From the NCBI RefSeq assembly GCF_024502345.1, contig NZ_JALDNN010000001.1: a stretch of 64,000 nt of DNA. One strand, 5' to 3'. Under the pieces are notes generated by a model, which worked only from the letters and a program-made list of their open reading frames with translations, was not told the DNA's origin and searched no databases. A program made the translations under genes and the position numbers. Shown piece after piece: positions 23,290 to 32,230 of the stretch; within the stretch, counting starts at the first letter, position 1, and every line of letters begins with the position of its first letter. Origin of the DNA: Escherichia coli. GTDB taxonomy: Bacteria; Pseudomonadota; Gammaproteobacteria; Enterobacterales; Enterobacteriaceae.

Positions 23290-26200
23290 ATGCAGGTCAG
23301 CAGAAGGCAGTTCTTTAAGATCTGCGCTGGCGGTATGGCAGGCACCACGGCAGCGGCACTGGGTTTTGCACCCAGCGTAGCACTCGCGGAAACTCGGCAG
23401 TATAAACTGCTGCGCACCCGCGAAACCCGTAATACCTGCACCTATTGTTCCGTAGGCTGTGGGCTGTTGATGTACAGCCTCGGTGACGGAGCAAAAAACG
23501 CCAAAGCATCTATCTTCCATATCGAAGGCGATCCGGATCACCCGGTCAACCGCGGTGCACTTTGTCCGAAAGGCGCTGGCCTGGTGGATTTCATCCACTC
23601 CGAAAGCCGTCTGAAGTTTCCGGAATACCGTGCGCCAGGTTCTGATAAATGGCAGCAAATCAGTTGGGAAGAGGCGTTTGATCGCATCGCCAAACTGATG
23701 AAAGAAGACCGCGATGCTAACTACATTGCGCAAAACGCCGAAGGCGTGACTGTTAACCGCTGGCTCTCCACCGGGATGCTGTGTGCTTCCGCGTCGAGTA
23801 ACGAAACCGGCTATTTAACGCAAAAATTCTCCCGCGCGCTGGGTATGCTCGCGGTCGACAACCAGGCGCGTGTCTGACACGGACCAACGGTAGCAAGTCT
23901 TGCTCCAACATTTGGTCGCGGTGCGATGACCAACCACTGGGTCGACATCAAGAACGCCAACCTCGTCGTGGTGATGGGCGGTAACGCCGCTGAAGCTCAC
24001 CCGGTCGGGTTCCGCTGGGCGATGGAAGCCAAAATTCACAACGGCGCGAAGCTGATTGTGATCGATCCTCGCTTTACGCGTACGGCGGCGGTAGCTGACT
24101 ACTATGCCCCTATTCGTTCCGGTACTGACATTGCTTTCCTGTCAGGCGTATTGCTGTACCTGCTGAACAATGAAAAATTCAACCGCGAATACACCGAAGC
24201 CTATACCAACGCCAGCCTGATAGTGCGTGAGGATTACGGCTTTGAAGATGGCCTGTTCACCGGCTACGACGCGGAAAAACGCAAGTACGATAAATCCTCC
24301 TGGACTTATGAACTGGACGAAAACGGCTTCGCCAAACGCGATACCACGCTGCAACATCCGCGCTGCGTGTGGAACTTGCTGAAACAGCACGTTTCCCGCT
24401 ACACGCCAGATGTGGTTGAAAACATCTGTGGTACGCCAAAAGACGCGTTCCTGAAAGTCTGCGAATACATCGCAGAAACCAGTGCTCACGATAAAACTGC
24501 CTCGTTCCTGTATGCCCTCGGCTGGACGCAACACTCCGTTGGTGCGCAAAACATTCGTACGATGGCGATGATCCAGCTGCTGCTCGGCAATATGGGGATG
24601 GCCGGCGGCGGCGTTAACGCCCTGCGCGGTCACTCCAATATTCAGGGGCTGACGGACCTGGGGCTACTGTCGCAGAGTCTGCCAGGTTACATGACGCTGC
24701 CAAGCGAGAAGCAGACCGATCTGCAAACCTACCTTACCGCCAACACGCCAAAACCGCTGCTGGAAGGCCAGGTAAACTACTGGGGCAACTACCCGAAATT
24801 CTTCGTCTCTATGATGAAGGCCTTCTTTGGTGATAAAGCGACGGCGGAAAATAGCTGGGGCTTTGACTGGTTGCCGAAGTGGGATAAAGGCTACGACGTC
24901 CTGCAATACTTCGAGATGATGAAAGAAGGCAAGGTCAATGGCTATATCTGCCAGGGCTTTAACCCTGTTGCCTCATTCCCGAACAAAAACAAAGTGATCG
25001 GTTGTCTGTCGAAACTGAAGTTCCTCGTCACCATCGACCCGCTGAACACTGAAACCTCTAACTTCTGGCAGAACCACGGTGAGCTGAACGAAGTTGACTC
25101 GTCGAAGATCCAGACCGAAGTGTTCCGTCTGCCATCGACCTGCTTCGCAGAAGAGAACGGTTCAATCGTTAACTCAGGTCGCTGGTTGCAGTGGCACTGG
25201 AAAGGTGCGGACGCCCCGGGGATTGCGCTGACTGACGGTGAGATCCTCTCCGGTATCTTCCTGCGCTTGCGCAAGATGTATGCCGAACAGGGTGGCGCGA
25301 ACCCGGATCAGGTGCTGAACATGACCTGGAACTACGCCATTCCGCATGAGCCGAAGTCGGAAGAAGTAGCGATGGAGAGCAACGGTAAGGCGCTGGCCGA
25401 TATTACCGATCCGGCAACCGGTGCGGTTATCGTCAAGAAAGGCCAACAACTTAGCTCGTTCGCCCAATTGCGCGATGACGGTACAACCTCCTGTGGCTGC
25501 TGGATTTTCGCCGGTAGCTGGACGCCGGAAGGCAACCAGATGGCGCGTCGTGATAACGCCGATCCGTCTGGCCTCGGTAACACGCTGGGCTGGGCATGGG
25601 CATGGCCGCTTAACCGCCGCATTCTGTATAACCGCGCCTCCGCAGATCCGCAGGGTAACCCGTGGGATCCGAAGCGTCAGTTGCTGAAATGGGACGGCAC
25701 TAAGTGGACCGGCTGGGATATTCCGGACTACAGCGCAGCGCCTCCGGATAGCGGCGTCGGGCCGTTTATCATGCAGCAGGAAGGCATGGGGCGTCTGTTT
25801 GCCCTCGATAAGATGGCGGAAGGTCCGTTCCCGGAACACTACGAGCCGTTTGAAACGCCGCTGGGAACTAACCCGCTGCATCCAAACGTTATCTCGAACC
25901 CGGCTGCACGTATCTTTAAAGACGACGCCGAAGCATTGGGTAAAGCCGATAAGTTCCCGTATGTCGGAACCACCTATCGTCTGACCGAGCACTTCCACTA
26001 CTGGACCAAACACGCGCTGTTGAACGCGATTTTGCAACCAGAGCAGTTTGTGGAAATCGGGGAGTCGCTGGCGAATAAACTTGGCATTGCCCAGGGCGAT
26101 ACCGTGAAAGTCTCCTCCAACCGTGGCTATATCAAAGCCAAAGCGGTGGTGACCAAACGTATTCGCACGCTGAAAGCGAACGGCAAAGATATCGATACCA

Positions 26201-26340
26201 TCGGTATTCCGATTCACTGGGGCTATGAAGGCGTAGCTAAAAAAGGCTTTATTGCCAATACGTTAACGCCATTCGTTGGTGATGCGAACACGCAGACGCC
26301 GGAGTTTAAGTCCTTCCTTGTGAATGTGGAAAAGGTGTAA
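23290..26340 (+). CDS. fdoG: Formate dehydrogenase-O alpha subunit, selenoprotein, 1016 aa with in-frame TGA (Sec) at 23878-23880
   Basis: ORFs 23290..23877 and 23926..26340 are in the same frame, separated only by TGA; Tat signal RRQFFK, Mo-bisPGD domains; combined length 1016 aa. Confidence 0.95.
23878..23925 (+). promoter_or_regulatory. Selenocysteine UGA codon plus downstream SECIS-like hairpin
   Basis: Immediately 3' of the TGA: ggaccaa...(loop)...tttggtc inverted repeat, positioned as expected for a bacterial SECIS. Confidence 0.6.
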
Positions 26341-26352
26341 CGGAGACGACAT

Positions 26353-27255
26353 ATGGCTTATCAATCTCAAGATATCATTCGTCGTTCCGCGACTAACGGT
26401 CTGACCCCCGCGCCTCAGGCGCGGGACTTCCAGGAAGAAGTGGCGAAACTCATCGACGTCACCACCTGTATCGGCTGTAAAGCCTGTCAGGTGGCGTGTT
26501 CAGAGTGGAACGACATTCGCGATACCGTCGGCAATAACATTGGGGTGTACGACAACCCCAATGATTTAAGCGCCAAATCGTGGACGGTAATGCGCTTCTC
26601 GGAAGTGGAGCAGAACGACAAACTGGAATGGCTGATCCGCAAAGACGGCTGTATGCACTGTTCCGATCCAGGCTGCCTGAAAGCGTGCCCGGCGGAAGGT
26701 GCAATTATTCAGTATGCCAACGGTATCGTCGACTTCCAGTCCGAGCAGTGCATTGGCTGCGGTTATTGCATTGCGGGCTGTCCGTTCGACATTCCGCGCC
26801 TCAACCCGGAAGACAACCGCGTCTACAAATGTACGCTGTGCGTTGACCGCGTGGTGGTTGGGCAAGAACCAGCCTGCGTGAAGACCTGCCCAACGGGCGC
26901 GATTCACTTCGGTACGAAAGAGTCGATGAAAACGCTGGCGAGCGAGCGCGTTGCTGAGCTGAAAACCCGCGGTTACGACAATGCGGGTCTGTACGATCCG
27001 GCAGGCGTCGGTGGTACACACGTCATGTACGTGCTGCACCATGCTGACAAGCCAAATCTGTATCATGGCTTGCCGGAGAACCCGGAAATCAGCGAAACCG
27101 TGAAATTCTGGAAAGGCATCTGGAAACCGCTCGCGGCTGTTGGCTTTGCGGCTACCTTTGCGGCCAGTATCTTCCACTACGTGGGTGTCGGTCCGAACCG
27201 TGCGGATGAGGAAGAGAATAATCTGCACGAAGAGAAAGACGAGGAGCGCAAATGA
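26353..27255 (+). CDS. fdoH: Formate dehydrogenase-O iron-sulfur subunit, 300 aa
   Basis: ORF with four Cys-x2-Cys-x2-Cys-x3-Cys ferredoxin clusters and C-terminal TM anchor. Confidence 0.95.
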
Positions 27256-27887
27256 AACGACGTGACACCATCGTGCGCTACACCGCGCCGGAACGTATCA
27301 ACCACTGGATCACCGCCTTCTGCTTCATCCTGGCGGCGGTGAGCGGGCTGGGCTTTTTGTTCCCGTCCTTCAACTGGTTGATGCAAATCATGGGCACACC
27401 GCAGCTGGCGCGAATTCTGCACCCGTTTGTCGGCGTGGTTATGTTTGCCTCGTTCATCATCATGTTTTTCCGTTACTGGCATCACAACCTAATCAATCGG
27501 GATGATATCTTTTGGGCGAAGAATATTCGTAAGATCGTCGTCAACGAGGAAGTAGGTGACACCGGGCGTTATAACTTCGGTCAGAAATGCGTTTTCTGGG
27601 CGGCGATTATTTTCCTGGTTCTGCTGCTGGTGAGCGGCGTGATTATCTGGCGTCCTTATTTTGCGCCTGCTTTCTCAATCCCGGTGATCCGATTCGCGTT
27701 AATGCTGCATTCATTTGCCGCAGTGGCGTTAATTGTGGTTATCATGGTGCATATCTACGCCGCCCTTTGGGTGAAAGGCACGATTACCGCCATGGTGGAA
27801 GGATGGGTTACCAGCGCCTGGGCGAAGAAACATCACCCGCGCTGGTACCGTGAGGTCCGCAAGATAACGGAAAAGAAAGCTGAATGA
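27252..27887 (+). CDS. fdoI: Formate dehydrogenase-O cytochrome b556 subunit, 211 aa
   Basis: [38 protein letters not shown]..., 4-TM b-type cytochrome. Confidence 0.95.
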
Positions 27888-28813
27888 GTATTCGCATAAT
27901 CCCGCAAGATGAGCTGGGTTCGAGCGAGAAACGTACGGCGGATATGATTCCGCCGTTATTGTTCCCTCGGCTCAAGAATTTATACAACCGCCGCGCCGAG
28001 CGTCTGCGCGAGCTGGCAGAAAATAATCCGCTGGGTGATTACCTGCGCTTTGCTGCGCTTATCGCCCACGCCCAGGAAGTGGTGCTGTACGACCATCCGC
28101 TGGAGATGGATCTGACCGCGCGCATTAAAGAAGCCAGCGCACAGGGCAAGCCCCCGCTGGATATTCACGTTCTGCCGCGTGATAAGCACTGGCAAAAGCT
28201 GCTGATGGCGCTGATTGCTGAGCTGAAACCTGAAATGAGCGGCCCGGCGCTGGCAGTGATTGAGAATCTGGAGAAGGCATCGACTCAGGAGCTGGAAGAT
28301 ATGGCCAGCGCACTGTTTGCCTCTGATTTCTCATCCGTCAGCAGCGATAAAGCGCCGTTTATCTGGGCTGCACTGTCGCTCTACTGGGCGCAGATGGCCA
28401 ATCTGATCCCCGGCAAAGCCCGCGCTGAATACGGCGAGCAACGTCAATATTGCCCGGTTTGTGGTTCTATGCCGGTGTCCAGCATGGTGCAAATTGGCAC
28501 CACTCAGGGTCTGCGTTACCTGCACTGCAACCTGTGTGAAACCGAATGGCACGTAGTGCGCGTAAAATGCAGCAACTGTGAACAGAGCGGCAAACTGCAT
28601 TACTGGTCGCTGGATGACGAACAGGCCGCGATTAAAGCCGAAAGCTGCGATGACTGCGGCACTTACCTGAAGATTCTTTATCAGGAAAAAGAACCGAAAG
28701 TTGAAGCCGTGGCAGATGACCTCGCTTCTCTGGTACTGGACGCGCGAATGGAGCAAGAAGGCTATGCCCGCAGTTCCATCAACCCGTTCCTGTTTCCGGG
28801 TGAAGGGGAGTAA
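27884..28813 (+). CDS. fdhE: Formate dehydrogenase maturation protein FdhE, 309 aa
   Basis: ORF with paired CxxC motifs (CPVCGS, CNLCE, CSNCE, CDDCG). Confidence 0.95.
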   Translation: MSIRIIPQDELGSSEKRTADMIPPLLFPRLKNLYNRRAERLRELAENNPLGDYLRFAALIAHAQEVVLYDHPLEMDLTARIKEASAQGKPPLDIHVLPRDKHWQKLLMALIAELKPEMSGPALAVIENLEKASTQELEDMASALFASDFSSVSSDKAPFIWAALSLYWAQMANLIPGKARAEYGEQRQYCPVCGSMPVSSMVQIGTTQGLRYLHCNLCETEWHVVRVKCSNCEQSGKLHYWSLDDEQAAIKAESCDDCGTYLKILYQEKEPKVEAVADDLASLVLDARMEQEGYARSSINPFLFPGEGE

Positions 28814-28984
28814 TCTCTGACGTTTTCCGGGTGGCGCTGGTCGCCCGGATTACAGCTCATAGGGTGTGACGACACCATCTCTCGTATTCCGCGTTACCAC
28901 CTCAAGCTATGCCGCCAGTGCCGGTTTGGCCTCAATTTACCCACCACCACATCAATAAGGTTATGGGCATGAGACTGATGACAA

Positions 28985-29095
28985 GCGTAAGATTGCCTGA
29001 TGCGCTGCGCTTATCAGGCCTACCAATAAACTTCAATATATTGAATTTGCATGACTTTGTAGGCCTGATAAGGCGTTCACGCCGCATCCGGCATG
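28985..29095. repeat. REP/BIME palindromic element
   Basis: gcctgatgcgctgcgcttatcaggcctac ... gtaggcctgataaggcgttcacgccgcatccggca between fdhE and yiiF. Confidence 0.7.
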
Positions 29096-29142
29096 AACAA
29101 CGCGCACGTTGTCAGCAATCTGATTGACATCATTTTTTCCCA

Positions 29143-29361
29143 TTACCATTCCTCGCGCAGCTTACGCTGATATTCGACACCATCTTCCTCACACCCTTGC
29201 CAGATGCCAGGAACACTGGTTCTTGCTGTTTGCGATTGATTTATCAGGTATTGATCTACCGCTTCCCTTAATAGGTCCGCACGAGGAAGATTACGCTGCA
29301 CCTCGAGATCATCAAGTTGCTTAATCACCTCATTCGATAAATCGAGTAAAATTCTGCCCAT
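29143..29361 (-). CDS. yiiF: Ribbon-helix-helix (CopG-like) small DNA-binding protein, 72 aa
   Basis: ORF 29143..29385; recognised protein starts [39 protein letters not shown] (RHH fold signature). Confidence 0.75.
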
Positions 29362-29477
29362 ATCTATACCTACCAGAGAGTTCATAAATATCTCGCCAAT
29401 ATCATTTTTGAATCTATGGAGAGAAAAGTACCCTTGTCGAATCTTTAAAGAAAGCTCATTTACGAATCATTTTTTAT

Positions 29478-29499
29478 TTTTGCGAGGCGTTTTCCAGAT
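29478..29499. repeat. Copy A of a conserved ~22-bp element (tttttgcgaggcgttttccaga), about 115 bp upstream of yiiF
   Basis: Identical 22-mer also at 29927-29948; near-identical at 31151-31171. Copies A and B additionally share gttgcagtt 13 bp further on. Confidence 0.85.
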
Positions 29500-29604
29500 A
29501 TGATGTAACAGTTGCAGTTATTATAAGTTCAAGTAAAACAACCTTGTATTAATACCAGAATAAGGGCATCTGGTTTTTTATATTCAAGAATAAAAAAATT
29601 TTTG

Positions 29605-29823
29605 TCATTCCTTATGATCCTTACACTGATCATAAACACCTACTGTCTCACCCCTTTGCCTGCCTCTCTTTGCTTTACGCACCGGAAATTGCTGCCGCTC
29701 CAGATATTGCTCAACCGCTTCGCGTAAAATTGCAGATCGTGAAACCTTACGCCAGCCCCGAAGCTTGTTCAGCCGTTTAATTGCCTCTTCTGATAAATGA
29801 AGAAAAACCGTATTCATCGCCAT
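29605..29823 (-). CDS. yiiE: Ribbon-helix-helix (CopG-like) small DNA-binding protein, paralog of YiiF, 72 aa
   Basis: ORF 29605..29850; recognised protein starts MAMNTVFLHLSEEAIKRLNKLRGWRKVSRSAILREAVEQYL. Confidence 0.75.
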   Translation of the reverse strand: MAMNTVFLHLSEEAIKRLNKLRGWRKVSRSAILREAVEQYLERQQFPVRKAKRGRQRGETVGVYDQCKDHKE

Positions 29824-29926
29824 TACCACCACCTTACATATATTACTCATTAATGTATGTGCGAAAATTACGCCGGAAAATCATTTAAAAAAAGCGGATT
29901 TTTGCATGTCGTTTTGTTTTTGCGAG

Positions 29927-29948
29927 GCGTTTTCCAGAAATAATAAGA
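29927..29948. repeat. Copy B of the conserved 22-bp element, about 105 bp upstream of yiiE
   Basis: Exact 22/22 match to copy A. Confidence 0.85.
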
Positions 29949-30252
29949 GCGTTGCAGTTGTTTCATTTATTACTCAAAAATGGTTTAGTTATCGCCCAGG
30001 ATGAGTTATGGATGCTATGAATATATTATATTCAGGGATGTTTATTTTTTGATTGGATCTTTATTTGCATAATCTGAATGGTGTACCCGAAAAATGTCAG
30101 CATCCTAACAGCACCCGGATTTAAGGTGAAATTAATCATCCATCACAGACCGGTCAGTACTGCCACCAACCGGTCTTTACTTGTTCATCGTTATAATTTT
30201 GTTGGTAACAGTTCGGGAAACAAGGAATTCCTTCCGGAACCCCCCGGTATCA

Positions 30253-30342
30253 TCCGATAGCATTGACGTCAATCATCAGCGCGACGATGAGTTTTTTTAA
30301 TCGCATCATAGGGTGGCGACGTTCAGCACGATTACGGGTCAT
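30253..30342 (-). CDS. Candidate small ORF, 29 aa (MTRNRAERRHPMMRLKKLIVALMIDVNAIG), unknown function
   Basis: ATG preceded by AGGAG at 8-nt spacing (plus-strand ctcct 30351-30355); the ORF itself is below the ORF-track length cut-off. No homology recognised; may be spurious. Confidence 0.2.
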
Positions 30343-30427
30343 AGCAAAACTCCTGGGCAGGCGACCACTATGCCGCTTTCACAGGAGTTCTGAATGCTAG
30401 TGCTTTCTGTATGGCATAACCATGCCT

Positions 30428-30718
30428 CTAACGGTTAAGTGCTTGCAGCACATGTTGCGGATCATTGGCAATCGCTCGCAGCAAAGCCTTTGCAGGCCCG
30501 GTCGGTGAACGTCGCCCCTGCTCCCAGTTACGCAACGTGTCTACGCTTACAGAAATAAGATCGGCAAATTTAGATTGTGACAACCCTGAAGCGCGGCGTA
30601 TTTCTTTGATTTTCATAGCATCAACTTCAAAAGTCCGCGAAGGCTGTCGCGTTCCTTCAATAATTTCATTCATCTGGGCCATGCTGTGAGTCAACCGCTC
30701 AAAAAGTGCCTTATCCAT
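30428..30718 (-). CDS. XRE-family helix-turn-helix antitoxin (HigA/NadS-like), 96 aa
   Basis: ORF MDKALFERLTHSMAQMNEIIEGTRQPSRTFEVDAMKIKEIRRASGLSQSKFADLISVSVDTLRNWEQGRR...; HTH motif; ATG immediately abuts the stop of the upstream toxin-like ORF. Confidence 0.75.
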   Translation of the reverse strand: MDKALFERLTHSMAQMNEIIEGTRQPSRTFEVDAMKIKEIRRASGLSQSKFADLISVSVDTLRNWEQGRRSPTGPAKALLRAIANDPQHVLQALNR

Positions 30719-31030
30719 TTACCACCTCGTATTTAACAACCGGAGCATTGCTTTTCCCAGGGGAGACAGATCATCTTTAATACCCTTACGATAAATAAGC
30801 AGTAATCTGATCTCATAATGTTTAACCTGATGAAAGTAAATAACCCTGACACCAGCACGTTTCCCCTTTCCTCCTGACACCCATCGAACCTTTCTTAACC
30901 CACCAGTTTCAGGTATTACCTCACCATAGTCAGGATTCAAGGCTAGGAAAAACTGAAAACGACGGAATTCATCGTCGTTCAGCAGTTTTTGAACATCTTC
31001 AGTAAAAATTTCCGTTTCGATGAAGGGTAT
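30719..31030 (-). CDS. RelE/HigB-superfamily toxin-like gene (DUF1044 addiction-module killer type) lacking a canonical start codon; possibly inactive
   Basis: Frame open from stop at 31073-31075 down to 30719: ...IVIPFIETEIFTEDVQKLLNDDEFRRFQFFLALNPDYGEVIPETGGLRKVRWVSGGKGKRAGVRVIYFHQVKHYEIRLLLIYRKGIKDDLSPLGKAMLRLLNTRW. No ATG/GTG upstream of the TTG at 30940; the position where a start is expected from the family's typical N-terminus (M-x-FIET) is ATA (31028-31030). Confidence 0.55.
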   Translation of the reverse strand: MPFIETEIFTEDVQKLLNDDEFRRFQFFLALNPDYGEVIPETGGLRKVRWVSGGKGKRAGVRVIYFHQVKHYEIRLLLIYRKGIKDDLSPLGKAMLRLLNTRW

Positions 31031-31150
31031 AACTATACGCCATTGGCTTAGAGTAACAATCCTTTTTGTACGTCATTGACGTACCCTTGAAACCACTAGC
31101 TTACTGATAGTGCTCCAGCAAAACCCCGTCTCTGCCGGGTTTGTCTTTAC

Positions 31151-31171
31151 TTTTGCGAGGCGCTTTCCAGA
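31151..31171. repeat. Copy C of the conserved element (ttttgcgaggcgctttccaga), between the toxin-like gene and the esterase gene
   Basis: 20/21 match to copies A/B; lies about 80-120 bp upstream of the toxin-like reading frame on the minus strand and 12 bp upstream of a GTG on the plus strand. Confidence 0.8.
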
Positions 31172-31246
31172 TTTTCCACATCCGTGAATTTCCCTGTATC
31201 CATCCAGCAGAAACGAGTGTATAAAACTGTACATTCATACAGCAAG

Positions 31247-32167
31247 ATGAGTTCTACTATGGCACTGGAAAAAGGAATTGCAGAGTTAGTCGAAGAGTTT
31301 ATCGCTGCGGGTCGCCCCTCATCGCGTCAACAAAGTATTGCACAGCGCAGGGAGGGCTATATCGCCAGCGCTGTCCTTGCGGGTGAGACAGAAACGCGGG
31401 TAGATATTCAGACTATCGAACTTGAAGGGATGACCTTACGAATAGTGTCACCGCTGAATGCCCCGACATTACTCCCGACGATAATTTATTACTACGGTGG
31501 CTGTTTTGTTAGCGGCGGGTTCGCAACTCACGACAACCAGCTGCGCCAGTTAGCCTATTACGGGCAATGTCGTGTTATTGCCGTCCAGTATCGGCTGGCA
31601 CCGGAACATACTTTCCCCGCCGCCCATGATGATGCGCAACGAGGTGCAGAATTAGTCTTGCAACACGCCGAACGACTTGGCGTTGATAAACAGCGGATAA
31701 CTCTTGCCGGTGACAGTGCGGGCGGACATCTGGCGCTGGTAACTGCTTTGCGATTAAAGCGTGCTGGCGAGTGGCAACCTGCACAACTCATATTAATTTA
31801 TCCCATGCTTGATGCGACTGCGCATTTCGAAAGCTATATCCGCAATGGTCACGATTACATCATCACACGCGATACTCTACTGAGCGGCTTTGAGATGTAC
31901 CTACCAGATATTGATCGCAAGCATCCTGAAGCCAGTCCTCTATGGCGAGATGATTTTAATGGCTTGCCGCCTGTACATATCATTACCGCTGAATACGACC
32001 CACTTTGCGATGAAGGTGAAGCGTTGTATCACCGCATGACCGAGCAAGGAGTGCAATGTACCTGCCAACGCTACCCTGGCGTTATCCACGGATTTTTTCA
32101 GTTAGGTGGTATCAGCGAGGCCGCGCGATCGGCACTACGGGATGTTGCCTGGAGAGCGGGAAGGTAA
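31247..32167 (+). CDS. Alpha/beta-hydrolase, family IV (HSL/Aes-like) esterase, about 307 aa
   Basis: ORF 31184..32167; oxyanion-hole region YYYGGCF, nucleophile elbow GDSAGG, DPLCDEG and C-terminal HGFF catalytic-His motif. Start chosen at first ATG (31247); GTG at 31184 also possible. Confidence 0.75.
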   Translation: MSSTMALEKGIAELVEEFIAAGRPSSRQQSIAQRREGYIASAVLAGETETRVDIQTIELEGMTLRIVSPLNAPTLLPTIIYYYGGCFVSGGFATHDNQLRQLAYYGQCRVIAVQYRLAPEHTFPAAHDDAQRGAELVLQHAERLGVDKQRITLAGDSAGGHLALVTALRLKRAGEWQPAQLILIYPMLDATAHFESYIRNGHDYIITRDTLLSGFEMYLPDIDRKHPEASPLWRDDFNGLPPVHIITAEYDPLCDEGEALYHRMTEQGVQCTCQRYPGVIHGFFQLGGISEAARSALRDVAWRAGR

Positions 32168-32182
32168 CTTCGGACCTGGGCC

Positions 32183-32215
32183 CTGAAAAGGTTTTCAGAT
32201 TGAAAACCTTTTCAG
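32183..32215. terminator. Perfect 14-bp-stem hairpin between convergent esterase gene and yiiD
   Basis: ctgaaaaggttttc-agatt-gaaaaccttttcag, exact inverted repeat, U-rich on both strands. Confidence 0.6.
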
Positions 32216-32230
32216 TCAAGTAAAACGCCC

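Noticed and set aside
23032-23733. 233-aa minus-strand ORF spanning the fdhD-fdoG intergenic region and the fdoG N-terminus
   Set aside because: Overlaps the well-supported fdoG start and Tat signal on the opposite strand; no SD or recognisable domain; typical antisense shadow ORF in GC-rich coding sequence.
25174-26217. 347-aa minus-strand ORF inside fdoG
   Set aside because: Entirely antisense to fdoG; Arg/Val/Gly-rich low-complexity translation characteristic of shadow frames.
29478-29499. Sigma-54 promoter reading of the repeated 22-bp element (ctGGaaaacgcctcGCaaaa has GG-N10-GC spacing)
   Set aside because: The -24 half is TGGAAA rather than TGGCAC (the conserved C is missing), no enhancer-binding-protein gene is adjacent, and the match could easily be chance. 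Kept only as a repeat of unknown function.
29951-30030. Tiny plus-strand ORFs (14 and 23 codons, e.g. MDAMNILYSGMFIF) just downstream of copy B of the repeated element
   Set aside because: Very short, AT-rich, and the SD-like agga is poorly spaced for one of them; nothing distinguishes them from chance ORFs.
30078-30260. 60-aa plus-strand ORF in the yiiE-antitoxin gap
   Set aside because: No SD, no recognisable motif, and it overlaps the palindromes; judged spurious.
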